Positions 1-13,189 of a stretch of 64,000 nucleotides of DNA are shown here, piece after piece. The stretch is from contig JADJHR010000013.1 of NCBI GenBank assembly GCA_016707445.1, positions 12,450 through 76,449 of the forward strand, in the 5' to 3' direction. The notes beneath the pieces are model-generated. The model was not told the origin of the DNA, made no database searches, and saw only the letters and a program-made list of their open reading frames with translations. Numbering within the stretch: position 1 is the first letter of the stretch; the number at the start of each line of letters is the position of its first letter. This stretch comes from Rubrivivax sp. (GTDB lineage: Bacteria; Pseudomonadota; Gammaproteobacteria; Burkholderiales; Burkholderiaceae_C). The position numbers and the translations under genes are program-made.

Positions 1-149
1 CGCTGTACACGCCGCTGTCGGCGCTGCACCCGGTTGAGCTGCGGCTGCGCGACGATGTCGTCAGCGAGACCGACGAGCGCCAGGCCAACCAGCGCAGCGC
101 GCCGGTCGTCGAGGACGGCCTGTTCCTGGTGCCCAAGGTGATCGAATGA
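1..149 (+). CDS. gatC: Asp/Glu-tRNA amidotransferase subunit C, 3' end (cut by window edge)
   Basis: Frame 3 reads ...[36 protein letters not shown], a typical GatC C-terminus. Stop TGA 147-149 overlaps the gatA ATG at 146. Confidence 0.75.
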   Translation, partial: LYTPLSALHPVELRLRDDVVSETDERQANQRSAPVVEDGLFLVPKVIE

Positions 150-1660
150 GCGACGAGCTGCTGCATGCGGGTGTGGTCGACCTCGCCGGCAGGCTGCGCC
201 GGCGCGAAGTCTCTGCCGTCGAACTGGCGCGCCACTTCGGGCAGCGCATCGCCGCGCACGCCGACCTGGGCGCCTTTGTGGCACTTGACGAGGCGTTGAC
301 GCTGGCACAGGCCCGGCGGGCGGACCAGCGCCTGGCTGAAGGCGACACCGCCCCCTTGCTGGGCGTGCCGATCGCGCACAAGGACATCTTCGTCACCCAG
401 GGCTGGCCCAGCACGGCCGGGTCGAAGATGCTGCAGGGCTATGCCAGCCCCTTCGACGCCACGGTGGTCGCCCGCCTGGGTTTCGGCGCTGCGGGGCTGG
501 GCGCCGGAGCCGGCGGCGTCACGCTGGGCAAGCTCAACTGCGACGAGTTCGCGATGGGCTCGACGAACGAGAACTCGGCCTACGGCCCGGTGCACAACCC
601 CTGGGACCGGGCGCGCGTGCCCGGCGGTTCGTCGGGCGGCACGGCGGCGGCGGTGGCGGCCCGGCTGCTGCCGGCGGCCACCGGCACCGACACCGGCGGA
701 TCGATCCGCCAGCCGGCCAGCTTCTGCGGCGTCACCGGCATCAAGCCGACCTATGGTGTGTGCAGCCGCTACGGCATGGTGGCCTTTGCGTCCAGCCTTG
801 ACCAGGCCGGACCGATGGCACGCAGCGCCGAGGACTGTGCGCTGCTGCTTTCGGCGATGAGCGGCTTCGACACGCGCGACGCCACCAGTGCCGAGCGGCC
901 GCCGCAGGACTTTGTGGCCCAGATGTCGGCGCAGCGACCGGGCGCCAGTGCGTCACGGCCGCTGCAGGGACTGCGCGTCGGCTTGCCGAAAGAGTTTTTC
1001 CCGGCGGCACTGGCCGCGGATGTGAATCGCGCCGTGCGCGCGGCACTGGCCGAGCTGGAGAAGCTCGGCGCCACGCTGGTCGATGTCAGCCTGCCACGCA
1101 CCGAGCTGTCGATCCCGGTTTACTACATCATTGCGCCGGCCGAAGCGAGTTCGAACCTGGGCCGCTTCGACGGTGTCAAGTTCGGCCACCGCGCGGCGCA
1201 GTACAGCGACTTGCTCGACATGTACAAGAAGACGCGCGCCGAGGGCTTCGGCCCCGAGGTCAAGCGCCGCATCATGATCGGCACCTACGTGCTGTCGCAC
1301 GGTTACTACGACGCCTACTACCTGCAGGCGCAGAAGTTGCGCCGCATGATCGCCGACGACTTCCAGGCCTGTTTCAAGCAGTGCGACCTGATCGCCGGCC
1401 CGGTGGCGCCGTCGGTGGCCTGGAAGCTCGGTGAGCAGGGCGACGACCCGGTCAAGACTTACCTGGCCGACATCTTCACGCTGCCCGCCAGCCTGGCCGG
1501 GCTGCCGGGCATGAGCGTACCCGCCGGGCAGGGCGAAGGTGGCCTGCCGGTGGGCCTGCAACTGATCGGCAACTACTTCCAGGAAGGCGCGCTGCTGCAG
1601 GCCGCACATGCGCTGCAGCAGGCCACCGATTTCCACACGCGCGCACCGCAAGGGTTCTGA
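146..1660 (+). CDS. gatA: Glu-tRNA(Gln)/Asp-tRNA(Asn) amidotransferase subunit A
   Basis: 504-aa ORF with amidase signature ([13 protein letters not shown]...[16 protein letters not shown]) in gatC-gatA-gatB order. Confidence 0.95.
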   Translation: MSDELLHAGVVDLAGRLRRREVSAVELARHFGQRIAAHADLGAFVALDEALTLAQARRADQRLAEGDTAPLLGVPIAHKDIFVTQGWPSTAGSKMLQGYASPFDATVVARLGFGAAGLGAGAGGVTLGKLNCDEFAMGSTNENSAYGPVHNPWDRARVPGGSSGGTAAAVAARLLPAATGTDTGGSIRQPASFCGVTGIKPTYGVCSRYGMVAFASSLDQAGPMARSAEDCALLLSAMSGFDTRDATSAERPPQDFVAQMSAQRPGASASRPLQGLRVGLPKEFFPAALAADVNRAVRAALAELEKLGATLVDVSLPRTELSIPVYYIIAPAEASSNLGRFDGVKFGHRAAQYSDLLDMYKKTRAEGFGPEVKRRIMIGTYVLSHGYYDAYYLQAQKLRRMIADDFQACFKQCDLIAGPVAPSVAWKLGEQGDDPVKTYLADIFTLPASLAGLPGMSVPAGQGEGGLPVGLQLIGNYFQEGALLQAAHALQQATDFHTRAPQGF

Positions 1661-1665
1661 GCCAC

Positions 1666-3130
<1,465 letters not shown>

Positions 3131-3155
3131 ACAGCGCCAACAGTCAGTGACAGAG

Positions 3156-3881
3156 TCAGCGGCTGGCGGCGGCCGCCGGCCGCGCGCCGTTTTCAGGCGG
3201 CTCGATCGACCCCATCGAACCCGGAGGCACGCCCGACCACAACCGGCGCAGGCGCGACAGCTCGGTGTCGTAGATGCGATTGACGCGCTGCAGTTCGGCC
3301 TGTTGCGTGACCGTGGCCTGACGCTGGGCATCCATCGCGGTGTCGTTGGCTTCGATCTGGCCTTTCAGTTTGGGGGGCAGGCGCTTGCCCTTGTAGAACT
3401 CCGCCTCGTTCATCAGGGGCACGCGCTCGGCCTCGAGTTCACGCATGCGCAACTCGGTCGCCTTGATGGCCTGGCGCACCGTGTCCAGCGCGGCTTCGCG
3501 CCCTTTGGCGTGCGCGGCCTCGTCGCGGTAGCGCTGCAGCAGATTCTTGTCGCGCCGCGTGGCCTCCAGCTGCGCCATGCGCTCGGCGCTGGCCTTGCGT
3601 TCGCGCGCCTCGACCACGGCGCGCTCTTCGGCGGTCAGGGTTGGCGGGTGGATGGCCTTCACCGAGCCGTCCCGGTTCAGGATCTGCTGCTCTTTGCCCG
3701 TGCAGGCGGCGATCGGGCGGTCGGACGTCAGGCGACGGCCCTGGTCGTCGATGCAGGTGTAGATGCTGCTGCCGTCGACTTGCTTCTGCGCGGCGGCCGG
3801 CCACACGGCCAGCACCAGGCTCAGGGCCAGGGCAAGGTCTCGGCACCGGTCGCGCCGGTCAGGCGTGCGGCACGGTCGCAT
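3156..3881 (-). CDS. secreted DUF4124-type coiled-coil protein
   Basis: 241 aa. Signal peptide LALALSLVLAVWPAAAQ, motif IYTCIDDQGRRLTSDRPI, then a long charged helical region. Start abuts the pyrE stop. Confidence 0.7.
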   Translation of the reverse strand: MRPCRTPDRRDRCRDLALALSLVLAVWPAAAQKQVDGSSIYTCIDDQGRRLTSDRPIAACTGKEQQILNRDGSVKAIHPPTLTAEERAVVEARERKASAERMAQLEATRRDKNLLQRYRDEAAHAKGREAALDTVRQAIKATELRMRELEAERVPLMNEAEFYKGKRLPPKLKGQIEANDTAMDAQRQATVTQQAELQRVNRIYDTELSRLRRLWSGVPPGSMGSIEPPENGARPAAAASR

Positions 3882-4550
3882 TCAGACTCCGTAACGGTCG
3901 CGGTACGCCTGCACGGCAGTGGCACTGGCCTGCAGCGAAGGATCGGGCGCCAGATACTGCAGCAAGTCGTCCAGGGTCGCAACCGCGCACACGGGCAGCC
4001 CCAGTTCGCGCGTGACGAACTGCACCGCCGAATGGTCGGCGTCGCGGCCGTTTTCGGCCGCCCTTTCCTGGCGGTCCAGCGCCAGTGCCACGCCGCAGGG
4101 GGTGGCGCCGGCGGCGCGGATCAAGGCGATCGACTCGCGCACCGAGGTGCCGGCCGAGATCACGTCGTCGACGATCAGCACGCGCCCGCGCACCGCTGCG
4201 CCGACCACGACGCCGCCTTCGCCGTGGTCCTTGGCTTCCTTGCGGTTGTAGGCGAAAGGCACATTGCGGCCCAGCCGCGCCAGCTCGATGGCCAGTGCCG
4301 CGACCAGGGTGATGCCCTTGTAGGCGGGGCCGAACAGCATGTCGAAGCCGATGCCGCTGGCCAGCAGGCGGCGTGCATAGAATGATCCCAGCGTGCCCAG
4401 CTTGGCGCCGTCGTCGAACAGCCCGGCATTGAAGAAATAGGGCGAGACACGCCCGGCCTTGGTCTTGAATTCACCGAAGCGCAGCACGCCGGATTCGACC
4501 GCAAAGCGGACGAAATCCTGGGCCAGCGGATCTGCGGCGCCTGCCGTCAT
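3882..4550 (-). CDS. pyrE: orotate phosphoribosyltransferase
   Basis: MTAGAADPLAQDFVRFAVESGVLRFGEFKTKAGRVSPYFFNAG... with PRPP loop VLIVDDVISAGTS. The track ORF 3882-5417 over-extends upstream; the ATG is at 4550. Confidence 0.92.
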   Translation of the reverse strand: MTAGAADPLAQDFVRFAVESGVLRFGEFKTKAGRVSPYFFNAGLFDDGAKLGTLGSFYARRLLASGIGFDMLFGPAYKGITLVAALAIELARLGRNVPFAYNRKEAKDHGEGGVVVGAAVRGRVLIVDDVISAGTSVRESIALIRAAGATPCGVALALDRQERAAENGRDADHSAVQFVTRELGLPVCAVATLDDLLQYLAPDPSLQASATAVQAYRDRYGV

Positions 4551-4565
4551 GAAAGGGTTGTCCTC

Positions 4566-5354
4566 GTGGGATTCAGGCTTGTCACGCTCAACCTCAACGG
4601 CATCCGGTCGGCGGCCAGCAAGGGCTTCGTCCAGTGGGCCGAAGCTACGGGCGCCGATTGTATGGGTGTGCAAGAGGTCAAGGCACAGGCCACCGACGTG
4701 GCCGGGCGATTCGAGCGCGTGGCCGGGCTCGACGGCCATTTTCACTTTGCCCAGAAGAAGGGTTACTCGGGCGTGGGCCTGTACACGCGCAAAGCACCGA
4801 GCGCGGTGATCACCGGCTTCGACGGCCACGAGTTCGACACCGAGGGTCGTTACGTCGAGGCGCGCTATGACACCGCACGGCGCAAGTTCAGCCTCATCAG
4901 CTGCTACTTTCCCAGCGGATCGAGCGGTGAAGACCGGCAGGTCGCCAAGTTCCGCTTTCTGGCCAGCCTGTATCCGCACTTGATGGCGCTGAAGGCCGAG
5001 CGCGACTTCATCCTGGTCGGTGACGTGAACATCGCGCACCACGAGATCGACCTGAAGAACTGGCGCAGCAACCAGAAGAACAGCGGCTTTCTGCCCGAGG
5101 AGCGCGCCTGGATGAGCAAGCTGCTCAGCGACGGCGGTCTGGTCGATGTCTTTCGCACCCTGAACCCGCAGGCCGAGCAATACACCTGGTGGAGCAACCG
5201 TGGCCAGGCCTGGGCCAACAACGTGGGCTGGCGGCTCGACTACCACCTGGCCACGCCAGGCATCGCGGCCAAGGCCAGGCGCGAATCGATCTACCTCGAT
5301 CAGCGTTTCTCGGACCACGCGCCGGTCACGATCGACTACGACTTCAAGCTTTGA
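4566..5354 (+). CDS. xthA: exodeoxyribonuclease III
   Basis: 262 aa, GTG start. LVTLNLNGIRSA...QEVK...GDVNIAHHEIDL...SDHAPV are ExoIII/AP-endonuclease motifs. Confidence 0.9.
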   Translation: MGFRLVTLNLNGIRSAASKGFVQWAEATGADCMGVQEVKAQATDVAGRFERVAGLDGHFHFAQKKGYSGVGLYTRKAPSAVITGFDGHEFDTEGRYVEARYDTARRKFSLISCYFPSGSSGEDRQVAKFRFLASLYPHLMALKAERDFILVGDVNIAHHEIDLKNWRSNQKNSGFLPEERAWMSKLLSDGGLVDVFRTLNPQAEQYTWWSNRGQAWANNVGWRLDYHLATPGIAAKARRESIYLDQRFSDHAPVTIDYDFKL

Positions 5355-5457
5355 AGACGCGGCCGCGACGCGAACGGCGATCGCCCTGCCGGCGTTGACG
5401 CCGGAAATCAGGCACAAGCCTGCCGATCGTTCGATCGAACCCTAAGAAGGAGAATCC

Positions 5458-6474
5458 ATGAAAGCCATTGCCTACCAGCACAGCCTGCCGATCGCCGACG
5501 CCTTGTCGCTGCAAGACGTGGACTTGCTCGAACCGACGCCGTTGACGCGCGACCTGCTGGTCGAGGTGCATGCGGTGGCGGTCAACCCGGTCGACGCCAA
5601 GGTGCGGATGCGCGCCGCGCCGCCGGCCGGTGAATGGAAAGTGCTGGGCTGGGACGCGGTGGGGGTGGTGCGCGCCGTCGGCGCCGACGTGCAGCGGTTC
5701 AAGCCCGGTGACCGCGTCTGGTACGCCGGCGCCATCAACCGCGCAGGCAGCAATGCGCAGCTGCATCTGGTCGACGAGCGCATCGCTGCGCAAGCACCGA
5801 AGTCGCTGAACGACGCTGCTGCTGCGGCGATGCCGCTGACCACGATCACCGCCTGGGAGATGCTGTTCGACCGCCTGGGCGTGGCGCAGGGCGGTGGTGA
5901 AGGCCAGTCACTGCTTGTGGTCGGTGCTGCCGGTGGCGTGGGATCGATGCTGACGCAGCTGGCACGCCAGCTGACGAAGCTGACGGTGATCGGCACCGCG
6001 TCGCGGCCGCAAACCGTGGACTGGGTGCGTGATCTCGGCGCACACCACGTGATCGACCATGCCAGGCCGCTGGCCGGCGAAATCACGAAGGCGGGTCTGC
6101 CGGCGCCAAATCTGGTCGTCAGCCTGACGCAGACCGACCAGCACTTCAAGCAGATTGCCGAGCTGATCGTGCCTCAGGGCCGCTTCGGCCTGATCGACGA
6201 CCCGGCGCCCGGAACGATCGAGGTCGGCGCACTCAAATCCAAGTCGGTATCGCTGCACTGGGAGCTGATGTTCACGCGTTCGACCTTCCAGACGGCCGAC
6301 ATGGTGCGCCAGCACGAACTGCTGACCGACGTTGCCAGGCTGGTCGATGCCGGCACCTTGCGCACGACGCTGGGTGAACACCTGGGGCCGATCAACGCCG
6401 CCAACCTGCGCCGTGCCCACGCCCTGCAGGAATCCGGGCGGACGCGCGGCAAGCTGGTGCTCGAGGGCTTCTGA
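5458..6474 (+). CDS. zinc-binding alcohol dehydrogenase / quinone oxidoreductase family protein
   Basis: 338 aa, MDR-family pattern (VNPVD...GDRV...VVGAAGGVGSMLTQLA). Strong SD aaggag upstream of the ATG. Confidence 0.85.
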   Translation: MKAIAYQHSLPIADALSLQDVDLLEPTPLTRDLLVEVHAVAVNPVDAKVRMRAAPPAGEWKVLGWDAVGVVRAVGADVQRFKPGDRVWYAGAINRAGSNAQLHLVDERIAAQAPKSLNDAAAAAMPLTTITAWEMLFDRLGVAQGGGEGQSLLVVGAAGGVGSMLTQLARQLTKLTVIGTASRPQTVDWVRDLGAHHVIDHARPLAGEITKAGLPAPNLVVSLTQTDQHFKQIAELIVPQGRFGLIDDPAPGTIEVGALKSKSVSLHWELMFTRSTFQTADMVRQHELLTDVARLVDAGTLRTTLGEHLGPINAANLRRAHALQESGRTRGKLVLEGF

Positions 6475-6542
6475 AAGCGCACGGGGGTCAGGCGGTCGGT
6501 CACCCTTGCGATCGGTGGCTGATCTCAACCTGCAGTCCGACC

Positions 6543-7253
6543 TTGCACCCGCAGAGTAGGTTCGCCGGCGTGATCCTGCGCTCGCTGGTACTGGTTCTCG
6601 CGCTGGTCTGTGGCGGCGCTGGCGCCGACGACCTGATGGCGCGCCGTGCCCGAGCCTGCACCGGCTGTCACGGCGAGCAAGGCCGGGCAGCGCCCGACGG
6701 CTACTACCCGCGCATCGCCGGCAAACCGGCGGCCTACTTGTACGAGCAGCTGCTGGCGTTTCGTGACGGCCGACGCCGCTACGCCCTGATGGCCAGCTTG
6801 CTCGAGCCGCTGTCCGACGACTACCTGCACGATCTGGCCCGGTACTTCGCATCGCTGGACCTGCCCTATGCGCCGCCGCGACCGGCCCTCGACGACGCGG
6901 CGACGCTGGCCCGTGGCCGGCAGCTGGTGACGCACGGCGATGCGGCCCGCCAGGTACCGGCCTGTGCGGCCTGCCATGGCGAACGGCTGACCGGTGTGCT
7001 GCCGGCGGTGCCAGCGCTGCTGGGCCTGCCGCGCGACTACCTGAACGCCCAGCTCGGTGCCTGGCGGCTGGGCGCGCGCCAGGCCCGCGCACCCGACTGC
7101 ATGGCCGACATCGCGCGCCGCCTGGGCGACGGTGACATCGGCGCGCTGTCGGCCTGGCTGTCGGCGCAGCCGGTACCGGACCGTGCCGCGCCGGCCGATA
7201 CGCTGCCCCGCGCTATGCCGCTGCGCTGCGCTGCGCGGTCGCAGCGTCGGTGA
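6543..7253 (+). CDS. dihaem cytochrome c (c4-like)
   Basis: Signal peptide plus two CxxCH motifs (CTGCHGEQG, CAACHGERL). Start codon uncertain (TTG 6543 or GTG 6570). Confidence 0.8.
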   Translation: MHPQSRFAGVILRSLVLVLALVCGGAGADDLMARRARACTGCHGEQGRAAPDGYYPRIAGKPAAYLYEQLLAFRDGRRRYALMASLLEPLSDDYLHDLARYFASLDLPYAPPRPALDDAATLARGRQLVTHGDAARQVPACAACHGERLTGVLPAVPALLGLPRDYLNAQLGAWRLGARQARAPDCMADIARRLGDGDIGALSAWLSAQPVPDRAAPADTLPRAMPLRCAARSQRR

Positions 7254-7263
7254 AGCAGCCGTG

Positions 7264-8565
7264 ATGCGCGCCGGCCGCTGGACGCTGGCGTCGGGGCTTG
7301 GGCTGGTGACGCTGATCCTGGCCGGGTTGCTGTTGGCCGGCCAGGATCAGCAGGCGCCCGACCTGCGCCGCGAAGGCCATGGCGGCGCGCGCGTGACACC
7401 CGATGCTGCCGCGGTCGAACGTGGTGCCTACCTGGCCGGGGTGGGGCACTGCGCCGGCTGCCACACCGATCGCGGTGGCCCTGCATTCGCCGGCGGGCGG
7501 GTGATCGACACGCCCTTCGGCCCCGTGCCGGCGGCCAACCTGACGCCCGACCTTGAAACCGGTCTCGGCCGCTGGAGCGCGGCAGCCTTTCGTCGGGCGT
7601 TGCACGACGGCCGCTCGGCCGACGGCCGCGCCTTGCTGCCAGCCTGCCCCTATCCGAACTTCAGCCTGATTGCGGCCGCCGACGCCGACGACCTGTTTGC
7701 CTACCTGCAGAGCCTGCCACCGCAGCGCCACCCGGTCGCGCCTGCCGCATTGCGCTTCCCCTACCGGCTGCCGGCCGCGCTGAGCCTATGGCGCTGGTGG
7801 GCGTTCGAATCCGCCACATTGCCAGCCGCGCCCGTCGGTGCCGGCATCGACTGGCAGCGCGGCGCTTACCTGGTGGGCGGCCTGGGTCACTGCAGCGCCT
7901 GCCACGGGCAGCGTGATGCCTTGGGCGCGACCGGCGGCGCGTGGGATTTCCGCGGCGGCGAGATCGCCATGCAGGGCTGGGTGGCGCCGTCGCTGAACGA
8001 CCCGCGCGCGGCCGCAGTTTCGGGCTGGACCGACGCCGAGGTGATCGCGCTGCTCGGCAGCGGCCGCAACGATCGGGCCACCGTCTCGGGCCCGATGGCG
8101 CTGGTGGTGGCGCACAGCACCCAGCTCTACCGCGAGGCCGACCTGCGTGCGGTCGCCGAGTTTCTGCGCCGGCTGCCAATGGCTGAGCAGCCGCCACCCA
8201 CAACACACGCCGTGGCACCCGCGGCGGCCGTGCTGCAGCGCGGGGATGGCCTCTACGAACGGCACTGTGCCGACTGTCACGGCAAGGTGGGCGAGGGTGT
8301 GCCTGACAACGGGTCACCGCTGGCCGGCAACCGCGCCGTCGCGCTGGCCACGCCGGTGAATGTGCTGCGGGTCGTGCTCGGCGGCGGCTTCGGACCGGCC
8401 ACCGCCGGCCAGCCGCGGCCGCCGGGCATGCCACCTTTTGCCACCTTGCTGGGCGACGACGACATCGCCGCCGTGGTCAGTGCCGTGCGCTGGCGTTTTG
8501 GTGCGCAGGCGTCGGCGGTGAATGCGGTCGACGTCAATCGCCAGCGCGGTAGCGGCCAGCGCTGA
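7264..8565 (+). CDS. trihaem cytochrome c (dehydrogenase cytochrome-c-subunit-like)
   Basis: MRAGRWTLASGLGLVTLILAG... with three CxxCH motifs (CAGCH, CSACH, CADCH). Track ORF 7057-8565 over-extends; ATG at 7264. Confidence 0.8.
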   Translation: MRAGRWTLASGLGLVTLILAGLLLAGQDQQAPDLRREGHGGARVTPDAAAVERGAYLAGVGHCAGCHTDRGGPAFAGGRVIDTPFGPVPAANLTPDLETGLGRWSAAAFRRALHDGRSADGRALLPACPYPNFSLIAAADADDLFAYLQSLPPQRHPVAPAALRFPYRLPAALSLWRWWAFESATLPAAPVGAGIDWQRGAYLVGGLGHCSACHGQRDALGATGGAWDFRGGEIAMQGWVAPSLNDPRAAAVSGWTDAEVIALLGSGRNDRATVSGPMALVVAHSTQLYREADLRAVAEFLRRLPMAEQPPPTTHAVAPAAAVLQRGDGLYERHCADCHGKVGEGVPDNGSPLAGNRAVALATPVNVLRVVLGGGFGPATAGQPRPPGMPPFATLLGDDDIAAVVSAVRWRFGAQASAVNAVDVNRQRGSGQR

Positions 8566-8613
8566 TGACCTGGAGGGCGGCAGTATGCTCAGCCCTTGTC
8601 GGAGAGACAGTCC

Positions 8614-9889
<1,276 letters not shown>

Positions 9890-9897
<8 letters not shown>

Positions 9898-11329
9898 ACC
9901 CCTGATCGACCCACCTGTCGACGATGCACCGCCCCGGCCCGACCTGCTGGAAAAGCTGCGCCAGCCGCAGACCATTCGCGTGCGCTGTGCCGCCATCACC
10001 CAGGCCGTGACCGACGGGCGTTCGGGCTGGTTCCGCATCGACCGTTCGCGCCTTCCCGAAGCGGCGGCACGGGTGGCTGCGCTGACGCGGCGCCGCTTCC
10101 CCGACCTGCGCATTCCGTACCACAGCCGCTGGCGGCACTTCGAGGCCGGTGGTGTCGACCGCAAGGCCGAACTCGACGTCGCGCTGGGCCATCTGTCGCC
10201 GCCCGATCGTGCGCGCGCGCAGTTCGACCTCACCGTGGTCAGCGTGCTTCTCGACGCCGGCGCCGGTGCGCAATGGCGTTATGTCGAACGTCAGGCCGCA
10301 ATGCCGGCGGCGGCACTGCCCGCCGAACGCGCCAGCCGCGATGACCTGATGTCCATGCTGGACCAGGCCAGTGGCGCGGCGGACCCTGCAAGTGCCCCTG
10401 CAACGACCCCTGAACCTGCTGCGGCGGCGTCCACGGTCGACAGCGGCGACGCCGCGCCGTCCTTCATGCGCTCGGAAGGTCTGGGTGTGGCCAGTTTCCG
10501 CGCCTTCATGGCGGGGTCGTTCTCGTCGGTCGCCGGCCAGCCTTGCCGCGTCGATGCCGCGGCGTTGCGGCAGATCGACGTGGCCGTGCTGCGCGCGATC
10601 TTCCAGTCCACACCCACCAATCCGCTGGTCGGCCTGGAAGGTCGTGCCGGCCTGCTGGCACGCCTGGGCCAAGCGCTGGATGCGGAGTCTGCTCACGACG
10701 GCACGCCGGCGCGGCCGGCATTGCTGTTCGACCGCCTGACCCAGGGCGGCCGGCGCCGCGAGGTGACTGCCGCCGACCTGCTGCGCCATGTGCTGCAGGC
10801 GCTGGGTTCGATCTGGACCAGCGGCAGCCGGGTCAAGGGCGTGCTGGCCGGTGATGTCTGGCCGCACCGCTGGGCCGGTGTTGCCGCCGGCAGCGGCGAA
10901 GACACGGTCACACGCGGCTGGGTGCCGTTCCACAAGCTCAGCCAGTGGCTGGCCTATTCGCTGGTCGAGCCGCTGCAGTGGGCCGGCGTCACCGTCACCG
11001 GGCTGGACGCGCTGACCGGACTGCCCGAATACCGCAACGGCGGCCTGCTGATCGATGCCGGCGTGCTGGTTCCGCGCAGCGCGCCATCGCTGGAGCGGCA
11101 CTGGAAGCCGGGCGACGAGCTGGTGGTCGAGTGGCGTGCGCTCACCGTCAGCCTGCTCGACGAGCTGGCGGTCGAGGTGCGACGCCAGCTCGGCGTCACG
11201 GCCGAGCAGATGCCGCTGGCCTGCGTGCTCGAAGGCGGTACCTGGGCGGCAGGGCGCGAGATTGCCGCCGAGCGCCGCCCGGGCGGCGCGCCGCCGGTGC
11301 TGGTCGACAGCGATGGCACGATTTTCTGA
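9890..11329 (+). CDS. DUF1688 / URC4-family protein
   Basis: ...FPDLRIPYHSRWRHFEAGGVDRK... Start TTG 9890 (SD aagggg 8 nt upstream) or GTG 9884; it overlaps the upstream stop at 9895-9897. Confidence 0.75.
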
Positions 11330-11342
11330 TTGAGGACAAGCG

Positions 11343-11975
11343 ATGACCGCCGACGTTCACGTGATCGCCCACCCATTGGTGCAGCACAAGCTGACGCTGA
11401 TGCGCGAGAAGTCGCGCAGCACCAGCAGCTTTCGGCGCCTGCTGGGTGAGATCAGCATGTTGATGGCGTACGAGGTCACGCGCGACATGCCCACGCAGCT
11501 GATCACGATCGAGACCCCGCTCGAAACCATGCAGGCGCCGGTGATCGACGGCAAGAAGACCGTGTTCGTGGTCATCATGCGCGCCGGCGAAGGTTTTCTC
11601 GACGGCATGCTCGAGGTGGTGCCCGGGGCCCGCGTGGGCCATGTCGGGCTGTACCGCGACCCGAAGACGCTGGTGGCGGTGGAGTACTACTTCAAGATGC
11701 CGCACGACATGCAAGAGCGCGACGCCATCGTGCTCGACCCGATGCTGGCGACCGGCAATTCGGCGGTGGCGGCGGTCGACCGGCTGAAGGAGACGCGGCC
11801 GAAGTCGATCCGTTTCGTCAGCCTGCTGGCCGCACCCGAAGGGCTGAAGCACTTCCACGACCACCACCCCGACGTGCCGGTGTACACGGCGGCGATCGAT
11901 CGCCAGCTGAACGAGCACGGCTACATCGTGCCGGGCCTGGGTGATGCGGGCGATCGCCTGTTCGGGACGAAATAG
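11343..11975 (+). CDS. upp: uracil phosphoribosyltransferase
   Basis: 210 aa: [15 protein letters not shown]...[12 protein letters not shown]...[17 protein letters not shown]. Confidence 0.95.
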   Translation: MTADVHVIAHPLVQHKLTLMREKSRSTSSFRRLLGEISMLMAYEVTRDMPTQLITIETPLETMQAPVIDGKKTVFVVIMRAGEGFLDGMLEVVPGARVGHVGLYRDPKTLVAVEYYFKMPHDMQERDAIVLDPMLATGNSAVAAVDRLKETRPKSIRFVSLLAAPEGLKHFHDHHPDVPVYTAAIDRQLNEHGYIVPGLGDAGDRLFGTK

Positions 11976-11982
11976 GGTCTGG

Positions 11983-12409
11983 TCAAGGATTGCAGACGAT
12001 CGACGCGGTGGCCATCAGTTCCTGGAACAGCGCCATCGACACTTCGCCCGACACCGCGTAGGGGTCGAGCACGGGCCGACTCCGAATACTTCAGCAGCAG
12101 CGCCGGGTTCAGGCGCGCGAGGTCGACCTGGCCCATGGCCCAGCCGGCGAATTGGCGCTCGCCGATCTCCTCATACGACAACAGCTCGACCTGCGTGTGT
12201 CGCACATCGGCCGCGATGCGGTTGTACAGGTGGTTGACCGCGCTGCGCCCGCCTTCGAGCACCTGCAGGAAGATGCCGCCCGAGTAGCACAGCACGCCCG
12301 TCACCCCGTGGCGCGGATTGTTGACCTTGCTCTTGCGCAGGATGGCAAGCAGTTCGTCGTGGTTGACCGCGGCGGCGGCCCGGCTGGCATACATCAGGCG
12401 CACGAGCAT
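11983..12409 (-). CDS. BLUF-domain blue-light sensor protein; 1-nt frameshift near 12073-12075
   Basis: MLVRLMYASRA...VTGVLCYSGGIFLQVLEGGRSAVNHLYNRIAADVRH is a BLUF fold. After LLLKYSES the track frame becomes nonsense and overlaps upp. The -1 frame gives VLDPYAVSGEVSMALFQELMATASIVCNP* with stop at 11983. Confidence 0.75.
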
Positions 12410-12443
12410 GGGGGGCTCCGGAAAGCTGAAAACGGGTTGGGGA

Positions 12444-13189
12444 TCAGGACTTGCGCGGCAACAGCGACAGGAACTCGCGGCGCAGGTTGGCGTCCTTCAG
12501 GAACGCGCCGCGCATCACGCTGTTGACCATCGCCGACTTGTCGTCCTTGACGCCGCGCCAGTGCATGCAGAAATGATCGGCCTCCATCACGATGGCCAGG
12601 CCGTCGGGTCGCACACGCCGTTGCAGCTCGGTGGCCAGCATGGTCACGGCTTCTTCCTGGATCTGCGGTCGGCTCATGATCCAGTCGCAGATGCGGCGTA
12701 CTTCGACAGCCCGATCAGGTTGGAATGTTCGTTGGGCAGCACGCCGATCCAGACCTTGCCGATGATCGGGCACAGGTGGTGCGAGCAGGCGCTGCGCACG
12801 GTGATCGGGCCGACGATCATCAGCTCGTTCAGGCGCTCGGCGTTGGGGAACTCGGTCACCGCAGGCATGGGCACGTAGCGCCCGCGGAACACCTCTTCGA
12901 TGAACATCTTGGCCACGCGCTTGGCCGTCTCGTTGGTGTTGTGATCGTTGTCGGTGTCGATCACCAGCGCGCGCAGCACCTCCTGCATCTTGGCCTGCAC
13001 CTCGTCCTTGAGCTCGGCGATCTCGCCGTCTCGGATGTGTGCTGCGATGTTGTCGTTGGCATGGTGCCGGCATGCGGCGGCCAGCAGCCGGTAGCGAATG
13101 CGCTCGGACGCCGGCAGGCCGGCCAGTTCGTCTTCGCTGCGAAAGATGCGGCTGGCCGGGTCGGGCGCTTCGGCGGTCTGTTGCGACAT
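12444..13189 (-). CDS. folE: GTP cyclohydrolase I (type 1); 1-nt frameshift near 12695
   Basis: ORF 12674-13189 ends ...SACSHHLCPIIGKVWIGVLPNEHSNLIGLSKYA. ORF 12444-13073 continues RICDWIMSRPQIQEEAVTMLA...MHWRGV.... Span is 746 nt, i.e. 3n-1. Confidence 0.85.

Noticed and set aside
3882-5417. Over-long N-terminal extensions in the ORF track. Examples: pyrE 3882-5417, cytochrome c 7057-8565, BON 30004-31041, M20 hydrolase 51325-53253, ivd 55148-56722, lnt 62163-63875, AbiEii 18354-20465.
   Set aside because: The extensions overlap neighbouring genes, are compositionally non-protein-like, and are superseded by internal starts with SD sequences or start/stop overlaps. The shorter coordinates are used in the feature list.
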